From the NCBI GenBank assembly GCA_038087875.1, contig CM075989.1, positions 6,200,001-6,264,000 on the forward strand: a stretch of DNA of 64,000 nucleotides, given 5' to 3'. Source of the DNA: Malacoraja senta (Eukaryota). Below the pieces are notes generated by a model, which ran no database searches, had not been told where the DNA came from, and saw only the letters and a list, made by a program, of their open reading frames with translations. Both the position numbers and the translations under genes were made by a program. This document shows positions 51,550 to 63,818 of the stretch, piece after piece (position 1 is the stretch's first letter; each line of letters opens with the position of its first letter).

Positions 51550-51978
51550 GGCAGCCACGATGGCGCAGCGGTAGAGTTGCTGCCTTACAGCGCTTGCATC
51601 GCCAGAGACCCGGGTTCGATCCCCACTACGGGTGCTGTCTGTACGGAGCTTGTACGTTCTCCCCGTGACCGCGTGGGTTTTCTCCGAGATCTTCGGTTTC
51701 CTCCCACACTCCAAAGACGTACAGGTTTGTAGGTTGTTGCTGACCTATGTTGTCGACCCGAAACATCAACCATACCTTCTCTCCAGAGATGCTGCCTATC
51801 CCGCCCGCTGAGTTACTCCAGCATTTTGAACTATCAGGTATGCAGGTAAATTGGCTTTGTGTAAGTGTAAATTGTCCCTAGTGTGTGTAGGATAGTGTTA
51901 ATGTGCGGGGATCGCTGGTCGGTGCGGACTCGGTGGGCCGAAGGGCCTGTTTCCGTTCTATATCTCTAAAACTAAATA
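51550..51978 (+). mobile_element. HE1-like V-SINE with a nested Penelope module
   Basis: Head and core, module at 51750-51830, tail. Confidence 0.85.
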
Positions 51979-52084
51979 TTAAAAACTAAAGAACGTCTGG
52001 AACAGCAGGAGAGCAGCAGAAATCACAGAGGGGGAGCAGTGAGTGAGGACCTTCAACTGGAGAGTGGACGACAACTTCTTCATA

Positions 52085-52800
52085 GTAGGTCGACACAAAT
52101 GCTGGAGTATCTCAGCGGGACAGGCAGCATCTCTGGAGAGAAGGAATGGGTGACGTTTCTGGTCGAGATCCTTCTTCGGACTGAAAGCAAGGGGAGAGGA
52201 AGACCCAGAGATAAGGAAATGCAAGGTGTGAGAATGAGACATCAAAGGGGATGAACTTCAAGGAATAGATTATTGTTAGGTAGACAAAATTGCTGGAGAA
52301 ACTCAGCAGGTGAGGCAGCATCTATGGAGCGAAGGAAATAGGCAACTTTTCGGGTCGAAACCCTTCTTCAGGCTGATGTGAGGGTGGGGGGGGGGGGGGG
52401 GGGGGCGGGAGGAAGAAAGGAAGAGGTGGAGCCAGAGGGCTGAGGGAGAGCTGAGAAGGGGAGGAGAAAGTAAGGACTACCTGAAATTGGAGAGGTCAAT
52501 GTTCATACCGCTGGGGTGCAAACTGCCCAAGTGAAATATGAGGTGCTGCTCCTCCAATTTACGTTGGTCCTCACTCTGGCCATGAAGGAGGCCCAGGACA
52601 GAAAGGTCGGATTCTGAATGGGAGGGGGAGTTGAAGTGCTGAGCCACCGGGACATCAGGTTGGCTATTGCGAACCGAGCGGAGGTGTTCGGCGAAGTGAT
52701 CGGCAAGCGTACGCTTGGTCTCATATTGGGTCGAGATCCTTGATCAGGTAGGTTTAGGTGCACTGAGCGGAGGTGTTCAGCGAAACAATCGCCGAGCCTG
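52085..52800 (-). mobile_element. Stacked Penelope 3' fragments
   Basis: GIY-YIG C-terminus at 52478-52720, close to 5911-6155; hammerhead modules at about 52155 and 52350. Confidence 0.85.
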
Positions 52801-52864
52801 CTCTGGGTTTTAAGATTTTGGTGTCCATATAACAATTTTAGATGCACTGGTTGGCTAAGTCTAA

Positions 52865-53435
52865 TTTAGTTTAGTATAGAGATACAGCATGCAAAGAGGC
52901 CCTTCGGCCCCACCGAGTCCACGCTGGCCATTGATCTTCCATTAACACTAGCTCTATGTAATCACACTTTTTCATCCACTCCCTACACACTAGGGACCAT
53001 TTACATCAGCCAGTTAGCATACAAACCCACACAATACAATACAATACACAATATCGTTTATTATCATTTGGACCTCAAATGAAGTTCAAACGAAATTTGG
53101 TTTCTGCAGTCATACAACAAGAAAAGAACCAAGACACAACACAATTTACACAAACATCCATCACAGTGAATCTCCTCCTCACTGTGATGGAAGGCAAAGT
53201 CTTGTCTCTCCCCTGCACTCCCCATTCTCCTCCCGATGTCAAAGTCAAAGCCCCCGGCGGGCAAAGCCCCGGCCCTCCCACGTCGTTGGGATGTGGGAGA
53301 GAACCGGAGTACCTGGACGAAGCACACACGGTCACAGAGAGAACGTGCAAACTCCACACAGACAGCAGCCAAGGTCAGGATTGAACCCGGGTCCCTGGGG
53401 CTGTGAGGCAGTAGCTCTACCAGTTGCACCACCGT
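52865..53435 (-). mobile_element. Older HE1 SINE split by a non-autonomous Rex1-tailed element (53031-53280)
   Basis: SINE halves flank a (TATTG)n-tailed element sharing the hairpin of 50311-51158. Confidence 0.7.
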
Positions 53436-53517
53436 GCCAGGAAAGTTGGAGAAGGAGTTTTCTGAAGGCTCGGGAAGAAAGTGCTTATCTTTGACATGTC
53501 CATCGACGGAGATTTTT

Positions 53518-53832
53518 TTAGTTCAGTTTAGATTAGAGATACAGCGTGGAAACAGGACCTTCGGCCCTCCCAGTCTACACCGACCAGCGATCCCCGTGCA
53601 CTAACACTATCCTACACACACACCAGGGACAATTTACAATTATACCAAGCCAATTTAGCTACAAACCTGTACATCTTTGGAGTGTGGGAGGAAAGCAAAG
53701 ATCTCAGAGAAAACCCACGCAGGTCACGGGGAGAACGTGCAAACTCCGTACGGACAGCACCCGTGGTTCAGGATCGAACCCGGGTCCGTGGGGCTGTAAG
53801 GCAGCAACTCTACCGCTGCGCCACCATGCCGC
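53518..53832 (-). mobile_element. HE1-like V-SINE
   Basis: Full length. Confidence 0.9.
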
Positions 53833-54131
53833 CAATCACTGCCAGGAGACGTGACAGATAAATGGTTTAGAGGTGGAGCACGGTGATGTTACCCACTGCT
53901 CCACGAAACCAGGGAGGGGAAAGTTATCCAAGTGACTCCCACAAGAAAATATGTGTGTATATATTCAGCCAGGCTCGCACTGTGCAGTCCTTCCTCAGCC
54001 AAATAGCTTGCCCACACTCACACCCAAGTTTACATGAGTCATTGGAAGGCTAACAAACATTGGAACCATCGGAAGTCAACCTTTAGGGGAAAGGAATGTA
54101 GAGATGGTAGCACACTCTGCACAGAAGATGG

Positions 54132-54360
54132 GCACAAAATGCTGGAGTAACTCAACGAGACAGGCAGCATCTCTGGAGAGAAGGAATGGGTGACGTTTTG
54201 GGTCGAGTCCTTCTCCAGACTGAAGCAGTCTTCAGACTGAAAAAGGTTCTCGACCCATTTCCTTCTCTCCAGAGATGCACCCTGTCCCGCTGAGTTACTC
54301 CAGCATTTTGTGTCTATCTTCAGTTTAAACCAGCACCTGCAGTTCCTTCCTACACATTTC
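54132..54360. mobile_element. Fold-back Penelope module with about 15-bp TSD
   Basis: TCTGCACAGA(A)GATGG at 54116-54131 and 54363-54377. Confidence 0.8.
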
Positions 54361-54609
54361 GTTCTGCACAGAGATGGAAAGGGAAAGATGTCGGCTGGTC
54401 TCAGGAATGACTGCCTCCCAAACGCACAGCAGCAGAAGTCTGTGGAATGTGAGATTGCTCATTGTTGTTACTTTTTGGAGAAGAGATTTTTTACTCCAGT
54501 TTTATTTCGAGGGTGAATATCACAAAGATGCCAATGCGTTTCAATGTGTTGTCTGACAGTCCATCCGTTCTGACGAAGAGTCCTTTGACCTGGAATGCTA
54601 CCGTTATGA

Positions 54610-54915
54610 GGGGTGACACAGCGGTAGAGCTGCTGCCTTGCAGTGCCAGAGACCCGGGCTTGAACCTGACCACGGGTGCCTGTCTGTACGGAGTTTGCAC
54701 GTTCTCCCTGTGACCTGCGTGGGTTTTCTCCGGGTCCTCGGGTTCCCTCCCACACTTCAAAGACGTCGAGGTTTGCAGGTTAATTGGCTTCGTTAAAATT
54801 GTAAATTGTCCCTAGTGGTGTAGGATAGTGTTAGTGTGCGGGGTGATCGCTGGTCAGCGTGGACTCGGAGGGCCGCAGGGCCTGTTTCTGCGCTGTATCT
54901 ATGAACTAAACTAAA
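54610..54915 (+). mobile_element. HE1-like V-SINE
   Basis: Full length. Confidence 0.88.
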
Positions 54916-54957
54916 GAAGGTCGATGGGAATCTTGGACTCTTTGTTGATGGAGAGGG

Positions 54958-55040
54958 AAATATGATCATATTCAATAAATACCTGGATGAAGAACTCTTT
55001 AAATATGATCATTTTCAATAAATACCTGGATGAAGAACTC
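54958..55040. repeat. 43-bp tandem duplication
   Basis: aaatatgatcatWttcaataaatacctggatgaagaactc x2. Confidence 0.9.
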
Positions 55041-55255
55041 CTAAAAGACCATAGCCCACAAAAAATAGGAAGTAATATATGAACAGATAGTTCTTTTTAC
55101 AATTGGAATGAATAATGAAGGATTATGCAGCCTCCTTTAATGCTATAAATTATCCTATTTAAATCATTTCACGCAGGCGGTGAATTTCAAACACTTGTAT
55201 TGCAGGGAAAACATCCCAAAATCTTAGCTCAGTCTTTGGAACTACCAAACATTAA

Positions 55256-55484
55256 AGGGCCTGCCCCACTTTCACGACCTAATTCATGACCTTTTTTACT
55301 CGTGGACATTTTTCATCAGGCTAGAAAAACGCCCCCGACCTACTTGATGCCATGAGTACCTACGACTAGCATCACGGCCTACCTACGACCTATCTACGAC
55401 CTCGTGACGACCATGCTGCAAGTGTGAGTCAAGGGCAAACTCGGCAGAGGTCGTGAATTAGGTCGTGAAAGTGGGACAGGCCCA
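55256..55484. mobile_element. PIF/Harbinger-type MITE
   Basis: AGGGCCTGCCCCACTTTCACGACCTAATTC...GAATTAGGTCGTGAAAGTGGGACAGGCCCA; TAA/TAA. Confidence 0.88.
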
Positions 55485-55754
55485 TAACTCTTCCAGGTAC
55501 ACTCCAGAGTATTGGTACTTCCCTGGAACTCGTTTTCTAAACCATAACAGGGTATCAGAAGTTTTCTCTTGGGTTCTGCTGCTTTAAAAATAACTCGAGC
55601 TATTATTTGGAGATATTTTCCTTTATTGTATTGCAACAGGAAGTATAACCTGTGGAGACACATAAAATTCAGAAGCTTCTAAATTAAAACGATTCCTCTC
55701 TGAGAGATAATGTAATACAGTGGTTAAGGTATTATAATATAATGACCAAATAAC

Positions 55755-56180
55755 AGAAACATAAAATATAGGTGCAGGAGTAGGCCATTCGGCCCTTTGA
55801 GCCAGCACCGCCATCAATATGATCATGGCTGATCATCCTAAATCAGTACCCTGTTCCTGCTTTCTCCCCATATTCCTTGATTCCGTTAGCCCTAAGAGCT
55901 ATATCTAACTCTCCCTCGAATATATCCAGTGAATTGGCCTCCACTGCCTTCTGTGGCAGAGAATTCTGCAGAGTCACAACTGAAAACGTTTTCCTCATCT
56001 AAGTCCTAAATGGCTACCCCTTATTCTTAAACTGTGGCCCCAGGTTCTGGACTCCCGCAACATCGGGAACATTTTTCCTGCATCTAGCCTGTCCAATCCC
56101 TCAAGAATTTTATATGTTTCTATAATATCCGCTCTCATTCTTGTAAATTCCAGTGAATACAAGCCCAGTCGACCCATTCC
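55755..56180 (-). mobile_element. CR1 3' fragment
   Basis: MGRLGLYSLEFTRMRADIIETYKILEGLDRLDAG. Confidence 0.9.
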
Positions 56181-56319
56181 AGTAATAATAGTATAACTGT
56201 GGAGGACATGGACAGCATCATCAGGCCAGGTCAACCCCTGCACACCGGCCCAATGCCACAGCCAGGCCAACAGGCCTTTAAGGCCAGGATAAAACTCTGT
56301 ACTATTGAGAACTTTGAAC

Positions 56320-56765
56320 TGAGAGAATGGAGCGGCTGGGCTTGTACACTCTGGAGTTTAGAAGGATGAGAGTGTATCTCATTGAAACATATAAGATTGT
56401 TAAGGGCTTGGACACGCTAGAGGCAGGAAACATGTTCCCGATGTTGGGGGAGTCCAGAACCAGGGGCCACAGTTTAAGAATAAGGAGTAAACCATTTAGA
56501 ATGGAGATGAGGAAACACTTTTTCTCACAGAGAATGGTGAGTCTGTGGAATTCTCTGCCTCAGAGGGCGGTGGAGGCGGGTTCTCTGGATGCTTTCAAGA
56601 GAGAGCTAGATATGGCTCTTAAAATAGCAGAGTCAGGGGATATGGGGAGAAGGCAGGAACAGGATACTGATTGGGGATGATCAGCCATGATCACATTGAA
56701 TGGCGGTGCTGGCTCGAAGGGACAAATGGCCGACTCCTGCACCTATTGTCTATTGTCTATTGTCA
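56320..56765 (+). mobile_element. CR1 3' fragment, (CTATTGT)n subfamily
   Basis: MERLGLYTLEFRRMRVYLIETYKIVKGLDTLEAG. Confidence 0.92.
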
Positions 56766-57279
56766 CAAGTTGGAGCCCAGAAATGTGTGTACTGCCTTGG
56801 TGAAGTCTATTATTACATCACAATCAAAGAGTTCTAGAATCATACAGTGTGGAAACAGGCCCATCAGCCTACCTTGCCCACACCCGTCAACATATCCCAT
56901 CTACACTAGACCCACCTGCCTGCGGTTGGCCCATATCCCTCTAAACCTGTCCTACCCACCTACCTGTCTAAATGTTTCCTAAACGTTGCGATCCTCCCAG
57001 CCTCAACTTCCTCCTCCAGCAGCTCGTTCCATACAACCACCACCCTTTGTGTAAAATCATTTCACTTGTGTAAAATCTTTGCACTTTTGTTCTTATCTAT
57101 GATTGTGCTTACCTGTGATATGATTTTACCGATCTTTTTTGCAAAACAAAGACTTTCTCTGTACCTAAGTACATGTGACAATAAAGTATAATGTAATCGA
57201 ATCATTGAATGGCAGATTGAATCCTAGTATAAGAAATTAGGATTTATTAATTCATATGATTAAATCATCTAAATCAATG

Positions 57280-57595
57280 GGGCAGTGCGGTGGTTCAGTG
57301 GTAAAGTTGCTTCCTTACACCCCATACAGCGCCAGAGACCCGGGTTCGATCCTGGCTACGGGTGCTGTCTGTACGGAGTTTATACGTTCTCCCCGTGACC
57401 GCGTGGGTTTTCTCGGAGAACTTTGGTTTCCTCCCACACTCCAACGACGTACACATTTGTAAGTTAACTGGCTTGTTGTAAATGTTAAACTGTTCCTAGT
57501 GTGGGATAGTGTAAGTGTGCGGGGATCGCTGGTCGGTGGGCCGAAGGGTGTGTTTCTGCACTGTATCTCTAAACTAAACTAAACTAAACTAAATC
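57280..57595 (+). mobile_element. HE1-like V-SINE
   Basis: Full length with (TAAAC)n. Confidence 0.88.
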
Positions 57596-57866
57596 AAAAG
57601 TAAAATGCTGTATTCAGTGAGAATGAAATTACTATTGGGTCGTCAACAGAGTCTAGAATGAAGAGTGTTTTATGGTGATATGTACCAAAATTGAACAATG
57701 AAATTCTTACTTTTGGTAGCAGCACAACAGATTCATAAATAATGGATAATATAATCAACAAACATGAAGAAAGAAGTTTAATAAATAAAACCCCCAATAT
57801 AATGCAAAAATAAAATAAAGCCCAAACTCCTAATTGCAACCCAAAACAGTGTAGTTCAGAGATGTT

Positions 57867-57988
57867 TAAGAAGGAACTGCAGATGCTGGAAAGTCTGAAG
57901 AAGGGTTTCGGCCCAAAACATCACCTATTTCCTTCGCTCCATGGATGCTGCCTCACCCGCTGAGTTTCTCCAGCATTTTTGTCTACCT
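57867..57988. mobile_element. Fold-back Penelope module with 17-bp TSD
   Basis: TGTAGTTCAGAGATGTT at 57850-57866 and 57989-58005. Confidence 0.85.
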
Positions 57989-58021
57989 TGTAGTTCAGAG
58001 ATGTTGGAATTCATAGTGTTC

Positions 58022-58221
58022 NNNNNNNNNNNNNNNNNNNNNNNNNNNNNNNNNNNNNNNNNNNNNNNNNNNNNNNNNNNNNNNNNNNNNNNNNNNNNNN
58101 NNNNNNNNNNNNNNNNNNNNNNNNNNNNNNNNNNNNNNNNNNNNNNNNNNNNNNNNNNNNNNNNNNNNNNNNNNNNNNNNNNNNNNNNNNNNNNNNNNNN
58201 NNNNNNNNNNNNNNNNNNNNN
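58022..58221. other. Assembly gap (200 N)
   Basis: Run of N. Confidence 1.
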
Positions 58222-58532
58222 GCAGTTAAACTATTATTGGTGGCCTGGCCAATCATTTCTTTGTAAAACTCAAAGTGCTGGAGAAACTCAGTGGGTCAGG
58301 GAGCATCTCCGGTGGACAAGGGTAGGTGATGTTTCAGGTTGGGAACATACTTCAGACTTGACACAAGGAAATGCAGATGCTGGAATCTTGCATGGAACAC
58401 AAAGTGCTGGAGTGACTCAGCGGATCAGGCAGCATCTTCAACTCTGACGAAGGGTCCAAACTCAAGATGTTGCCTATCCATGTCCTCCAGAGATGCCGCC
58501 TGACCCACTGGGCTACTCCAGCATCAGCTGTT

Positions 58533-59115
58533 TAAGTTTAGTTTAGTTTAGAGATGCAGCGTGGAAACAGACCCTCAGCCCACCGAGTCCGTGCCTACCG
58601 AGAATCCGCGCACACTAGCACTATTCTACACACACTAGGGACAACATACAATTTTACCAAAGCCAATTAACCTGCAAACCTGTAAAGGGCCTGTCCCACT
58701 TTCCCGAGTTATTCACGAATTCTCCCGAGTTTTCCCCTTGATTCAAACTCGCAGAATGTTCGCAACGAGTCCGTAGGAGTGCGTGGATATATCGTAGCGG
58801 CTCGTTATGCCAGCCGTAGGTACTCGGGGCTATTTTTTCACTCGTGGACATTTTTGATCAGGCTGGAAAAAACGTCCCGACTTACCTGATGCCCCGAGTA
58901 CCTACGGCTGGCATAACGAGCCGCTACGATATATCCACGCACTCCTACGGCCTCCTACGGACTCGTTACGAACATTCTGCGAGTTTGAATCAGGGGAAAA
59001 CTCGGGAGAATTTGTGAATAACTCGGGAAAGTGGGACAGGCCCTTAAGTCTTTGGAGTGTGGGAAGAAACCGGGGCACCCAGAGAAAACCCACGCGGTCA
59101 CAGGGAGAACGTACC
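58533..59115 (-). mobile_element. HE1-like V-SINE split by a MITE
   Basis: acctgTAA|MITE|TAAgtctttggagtg. Confidence 0.88.
58686..59044. mobile_element. Palindromic PIF/Harbinger-type MITE
   Basis: About 145-bp inverted arms; TAA/TAA TSD. Confidence 0.9.
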
Positions 59116-59604
59116 CTTGTGCCTTCAATCAACATCACAGAAACAGATTATTTAGTACTGTAGTTACTGTATGTGGGAGTCGGATGTTTATTAGTTACCA
59201 TGTTTCCTGCGCACATTTAAAAACATTTAGGCAGTAAAGTGTTTTGGATTATCCTGAGGTCCTGTCAAACGCAAATCATTTCTGTTCTCCAGCACATTCT
59301 GTTCACAAGTAAACCTGATCTACAGGCTTCAGTTTTCCTGCATTTAAATTAAGAAAAGGCTAGCTTGAACAGTAACCAAACCTGTGCCTCAGGGGTGATT
59401 GGGGAATATAGATGATTAAAAGTTACTTATTTCTTTGGTTTTAAAAATTTAAATCATTTTGAACAGAAGCAAGAGGCGACACGAGGAGGCCAGGGTGGCA
59501 GAGTGGCGCAGCGGGTGGAGCTGCTCCCTCACCGCACCAGAGACCCAGGTTCGATCCTGGCCTCGGCTGCTGTCTGTGTGGAGTTTGCACGTTCTCCCTG
59601 TTGA

Positions 59605-60788
59605 TCGGACTTTACTATGATACGACAGAATTTTATTTACCCCAGGAGGGAAATTGGTCTGCCAACGGTCATCAAACACAATTACAATACAATACAATAT
59701 CGTTTATTGATACGTGAGACATGAAACAAGAAATTAAAGTGACGAGTGGAAAGTCCAGGATTGGGGATGTGCAAAGATTGGAAGGGGGGGGGGAGTCAAT
59801 CTACCCCACGACAGAAGGGGGAGGGGCTGTACAGTTTGAGAGCCACAGGGATAAAGGATCTCCTGTGGCGTTCTGTACTGCATCTTGGTGGAACCAGTCT
59901 GTTGCTGAGGTTACTCCTCAGGTTGACCAGTGTGTGTCATGGAGGGGGTGAGCTGTATTGTCCAGGATGCTCCACAGTTTGAGGAGCATCCTCCCCTCCA
60001 AGACCAACCTCCCACAAATCCAACTCTGCCCCCAGGATGGAGCCGGCCTTCCTGATGAGTTTGTTGATTCTATTGGTGTCTGCGGCCTTCACCCTGCTGC
60101 CCCCACGGCAGGGTAGAATATGGCACTGGCCACCACCGATTGGTGGAACATCTGCAGCATCTTACTGCAGGCGTTGAAAGATTGGAGCCTTCTCTGAAAC
60201 TACAGACGACTTCTTATAGAGAGTTTACTGTCCAGGTAAACTCCAAGGTATTTGTATTCCTATGTGAACATCCAGGTCCGCGATGGAGGCGGGACAGGAG
60301 CGTTCCTCTCCTCCTAAAGTCGTCCAATAAAGGGCCTGTCCCACTTGGGCTTCATTTGCGCGTCACGCAGGTGGCGCGTGAAGATTTTGTGAATACCAAA
60401 ATCCTGGGGCGACCACGCATCACTGCCTACGCCACCACGCACCATGCACGCGTAATGCACACCATGCCCGCATCACGTGCACGCCACAACGCGCGCGGCG
60501 TGACGCGTAAATGATGTCACGTAAATGACGCGCAAATGACTCCCAAGTGGGACAGGCCCTTTACTCCTTAGTCTTGTTGAGCCGCAGGTGATTCAGCCCA
60601 CACCACTCAACAGAGTCGTTGACTACACCTCTGTATTCAGCTTTCCTCCCCTCACTGATGCAGCCCACAATTGCAGAGTCATCCGAAAATCTCTGCAGTA
60701 GGCTGGAGTCCGAGTTGTATCTGAAGTCCGAGGCGTAGATGGTGAACAGGAAGGGAGAGAGGACTGCCCCCTGAGGAGCCCCTGTGTG
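59605..60788 (-). mobile_element. Rex1/Babar LINE, decayed RT C-terminal part
   Basis: Minus strand TGAPQGAVLSPFLFTIYASDFRYNSDSSLLQRFSDDSAIVGCI; later HPLHDT-like and LLSLWLSNCT-like terminal coding and an AATAAA tail. Confidence 0.85.
60331..60560. mobile_element. PIF/Harbinger-type MITE (ACGC-repeat subfamily) inside the Rex1
   Basis: AGGGCCTGTCCCACTTGGG...CCCAAGTGGGACAGGCCCT; flanks TAA/TTA. Confidence 0.88.
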
Positions 60789-61809
60789 ATAAAACTAATT
60801 ATAACTCAATAAATAACTCACTAGTTATAACGCAATCAACTAAACTAAACTAAAACTTCTCACTGTCCCTCAATAAACTAAACTCAACTGCGTAGATTTC
60901 CTCCTGGGCTCCGGTTTGCTCCCATATTCCAAATATGTGCGGCTCTGTAGGTTAATTGGCCTCTGTAAATTGCCCCTAGTGTGTAGGGAGTGGATATGAA
61001 AGCGGAATAACATAGAACTATCTGCAGTTCCTTTCTACACATAGAATTGGTGTGAACAGGTGATTGATGGTCGACCTGGTCTCTCTGGACCAAAGGGCCA
61101 ATTCACCAAGTAAATGGAATAGGAACATGATGATAGAAAGGGTCTCGACCCGAAATGTCACCTATTCCTTTTCTCCAGAGATGCTGTCAGACCCGCTGAC
61201 TTACTCCAGCTTTTTGTGTCTATCTTCAATAGAAGGAAGGACCCTGTCACCCTCCAGCTCCCTGACAACAGCTCCGAGCTGGCTGTGCGGTTGCTGCCTG
61301 ACGTGTCTAAACACAAGAACGGATTCATTCGCAGCTGTGACCCACAAACAGGTGAAGGATGGAAAACCAAGGCACCTTTTTCTGTTTCTGATTGAGGGTG
61401 GAATGTTGGCCAGGGGACTGGGACACATTCTGTGAACGGTGCCATGAGAATATTCATGTCCTGGCATGAACCAGTTTACTGTCAGTTCCATTTACGTCAG
61501 CTGTCTGTGAACAACTCTGAGCACATCACTTTCCTGATTGGGTAGGTTAAAATTATCCCCAACGTTCAGTGCCTCCTGGGGAGGAGAATGTTAGAACGGT
61601 GGGCATGGAGTAGGGAGCAGGGATCGGGGGGAAAGCAGAGGGGGGAGGAGAGAGGGAGAGCGAGAGAGAGAGAGAGCGAGAGAGATGGGGAGGGAGGGAG
61701 GGAGAGGGGTTCGAGAAGGGAAAGATAGGTGGAAGAAAGGAGGGAGATGGGGAGTGAGGGGGAAGGTAAGGAAAAAGGGGAGGGGGAAAGGGACAAGCCA
61801 AGAGAGCGG

Positions 61810-62030
61810 TGTGTCTGTACAGAGTTTATACGTTCTCCCCATGTCTGCGTGGGTTTTCTCCGGGTGCTCCGGTTTCCTCCCACACTCCGAAGACATACAG
61901 GTTTGTAGGCTAATTGTAATTTGTCCTAGTATGTAGGATAATGCTAGTATACGGGGTGATCCCTGTTCGGCATGGAATCGATGGGCCGAAGGGCCTATTT
62001 CTGTGCTGTATCTCTAAAGTAAAGTCTAAA
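61810..62030 (+). mobile_element. HE1-like V-SINE (5' truncated)
   Basis: Core and tail. Confidence 0.82.
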
Positions 62031-62317
62031 GTCCATCCATTAGTTTTCTGTAACATCTGCATGAATTATAGCCATCGTCCTTTCTCAACCAAACGTGAAT
62101 TGTCTCTTAATGTGTAGGAAGGAACTGCAGATGCTGGTTTACACCGAAGATAGACACAAAAGGCTGGAGTAACTCAGCGGGACAGACAGCATCTTTTTAG
62201 AGTTTTAGAGTTTAGAGATACTGCTCGGAAACAGGCCCTTCGGCCCACCGGGTCCGTGCCGACCAACGATCCCCGCATATTAACACAATCCTTCACCCAC
62301 TAGGGACAATCTCAGGA

Positions 62318-62703
62318 GTAAATAATAATAATACATTTATTTGTATAGCACATTTAAAAACAACTCACGTTGACCAAAGTGCTTCACATCAGTGCAGGTA
62401 CTAATTTGATACATACAACGGTAGACAGACCTAACAATACATACAGAAACTGTTTACAGCGCCCCTCACAGGGGCTCAAAAATGCTAGGGAGTAGAAATA
62501 GGTTTTGAGTCGTGATTTAAAGGAGTCGATGGAGGGGGCAGTTCTGATGTGGAGCGGGATTCTGTTCCACAGTTTAGGTGCTGCAACCGCAAAAGCGCGG
62601 TCGCCCCTGAGCTTAAACCTAGACCGCGGGATAGTCAGTAGCCCCAAGTCGGCCGACCTGAGGGACCTGGAGGTAGAATGGTGGGTTGGAAGATTTTTGA
62701 TAT
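62318..62703 (-). mobile_element. L2-clade LINE 3' fragment
   Basis: GLLTIPRSRFKLRGDRAFAVAAPKLWNRIPLHIRTAPSIDSFKSRLKTYFY. Confidence 0.9.
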
Positions 62704-63209
62704 AGGAATAGGTGACGCTTCGGGTGGAGACCTGTCCTCAGACACAGACATGTTTCTCTATCGCTCCATCCACGTCTACATTGGCTGACATTCCCCGATA
62801 GACCATCTGCACCAATGCCTGATGTTTGGTACATTGCAGTTACTGGCAACTTGCCCAAAGCCAGCTCTGCCCTGGTAATGGGAAGGTGACAGCCAGCCAG
62901 CCAGAGATTCCCCAAACTGGTTTCTCCACCGCCAGTGTGGAAGCATATGGAAGACAGGAATGAAAATGAAGCTAGTGTGAAACGCCACTCCACTCCCCCT
63001 CCGTTCCCCTTCCACTATCCAGGGGAAAATAACACCACAAAAGAAAAGACAGGTCGGGCAAATCACTAGATAGGTGGCAATCATGCTATTTACCTTCTTC
63101 ACAGTGACAGCTGGCAACGATGACTTCGACTTTGTTACAGAGAAACCTTTCCCGACATTGAAACTTGGGTTTGTGAAACCCACCTGACACAGTCAGTCTT
63201 TAATAAGAA

Positions 63210-63505
63210 TGGGCGGCACAGTGGCACAGCGGTGGAGTTGCTGCTTTACAGCACCAGTGACCCTGGGTTTGATCCTGACTAAGGGTCCTGTCTATACGGA
63301 GTTTGTACGTTCTCCCTGTGACCGTGTGAATTTTCTCCAGGTGCTCCGGTTTCCCCCTCACACTCCGAAAAGTTACATGTTTGTAAGCCAATTGGCATTA
63401 ATAAATTATAAATTGTCCCTAGTGTGCAGGGTAAGCTAGTATATTGGGATCCCTGTTCGGCGCGGACTGGGTGGGCCGAAGGACTGTATCTCTAAAGTCT
63501 AAAGA
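63210..63505 (+). mobile_element. HE1-like V-SINE
   Basis: Full length. Confidence 0.85.
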
Positions 63506-63582
63506 CTATATGACCGGAAAATATTTTTCACAAAGCCACTGGGAACAAGTCAGAATACTAAATACTGATATGACCTTTAATA

Positions 63583-63818
63583 GAAGGTAGACAAAAATGC
63601 TGGAGAAACTCAGCGGGTGAGGCAGCATGTACGGAGCGAAGGAATAGGTGATGTTTCGGGTCGAGACCCTTCTTCCAAAACGTCACCTATTCCTTTGCTC
63701 CATAGAAGGGCCTCAACCCGAAACGTCACCTATTCCTCGCTCCATAGATGCTGCCTCACCCGCTGAGTTTCTCCAGCACCTTCGACTTTTCCAGCATACA
63801 CAGTTCTTTCTTAAACAT
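63583..63818. mobile_element. Fold-back Penelope module with 10-bp TSD
   Basis: TGACCTTTAA at 63571-63580 and 63821-63830. Confidence 0.8.

Larger units (their letters stand above)
59490..61110 (+). mobile_element. Older HE1 SINE (59490-59600 plus 60885-61110) split by a Rex1 LINE
   Basis: Head ends at gttctccctgt; the core resumes at actgcgtagatttcc. Confidence 0.7.

Noticed and set aside
55755..56765. Back-to-back CR1s as a twin-priming inversion
   Set aside because: Both cover the same 3' region, have different tails and diagnostic residues, and are separated by about 140 bp of other sequence; two independent insertions.
57941..58447. ORFs spanning the N run
   Set aside because: Assembly-gap artefact.
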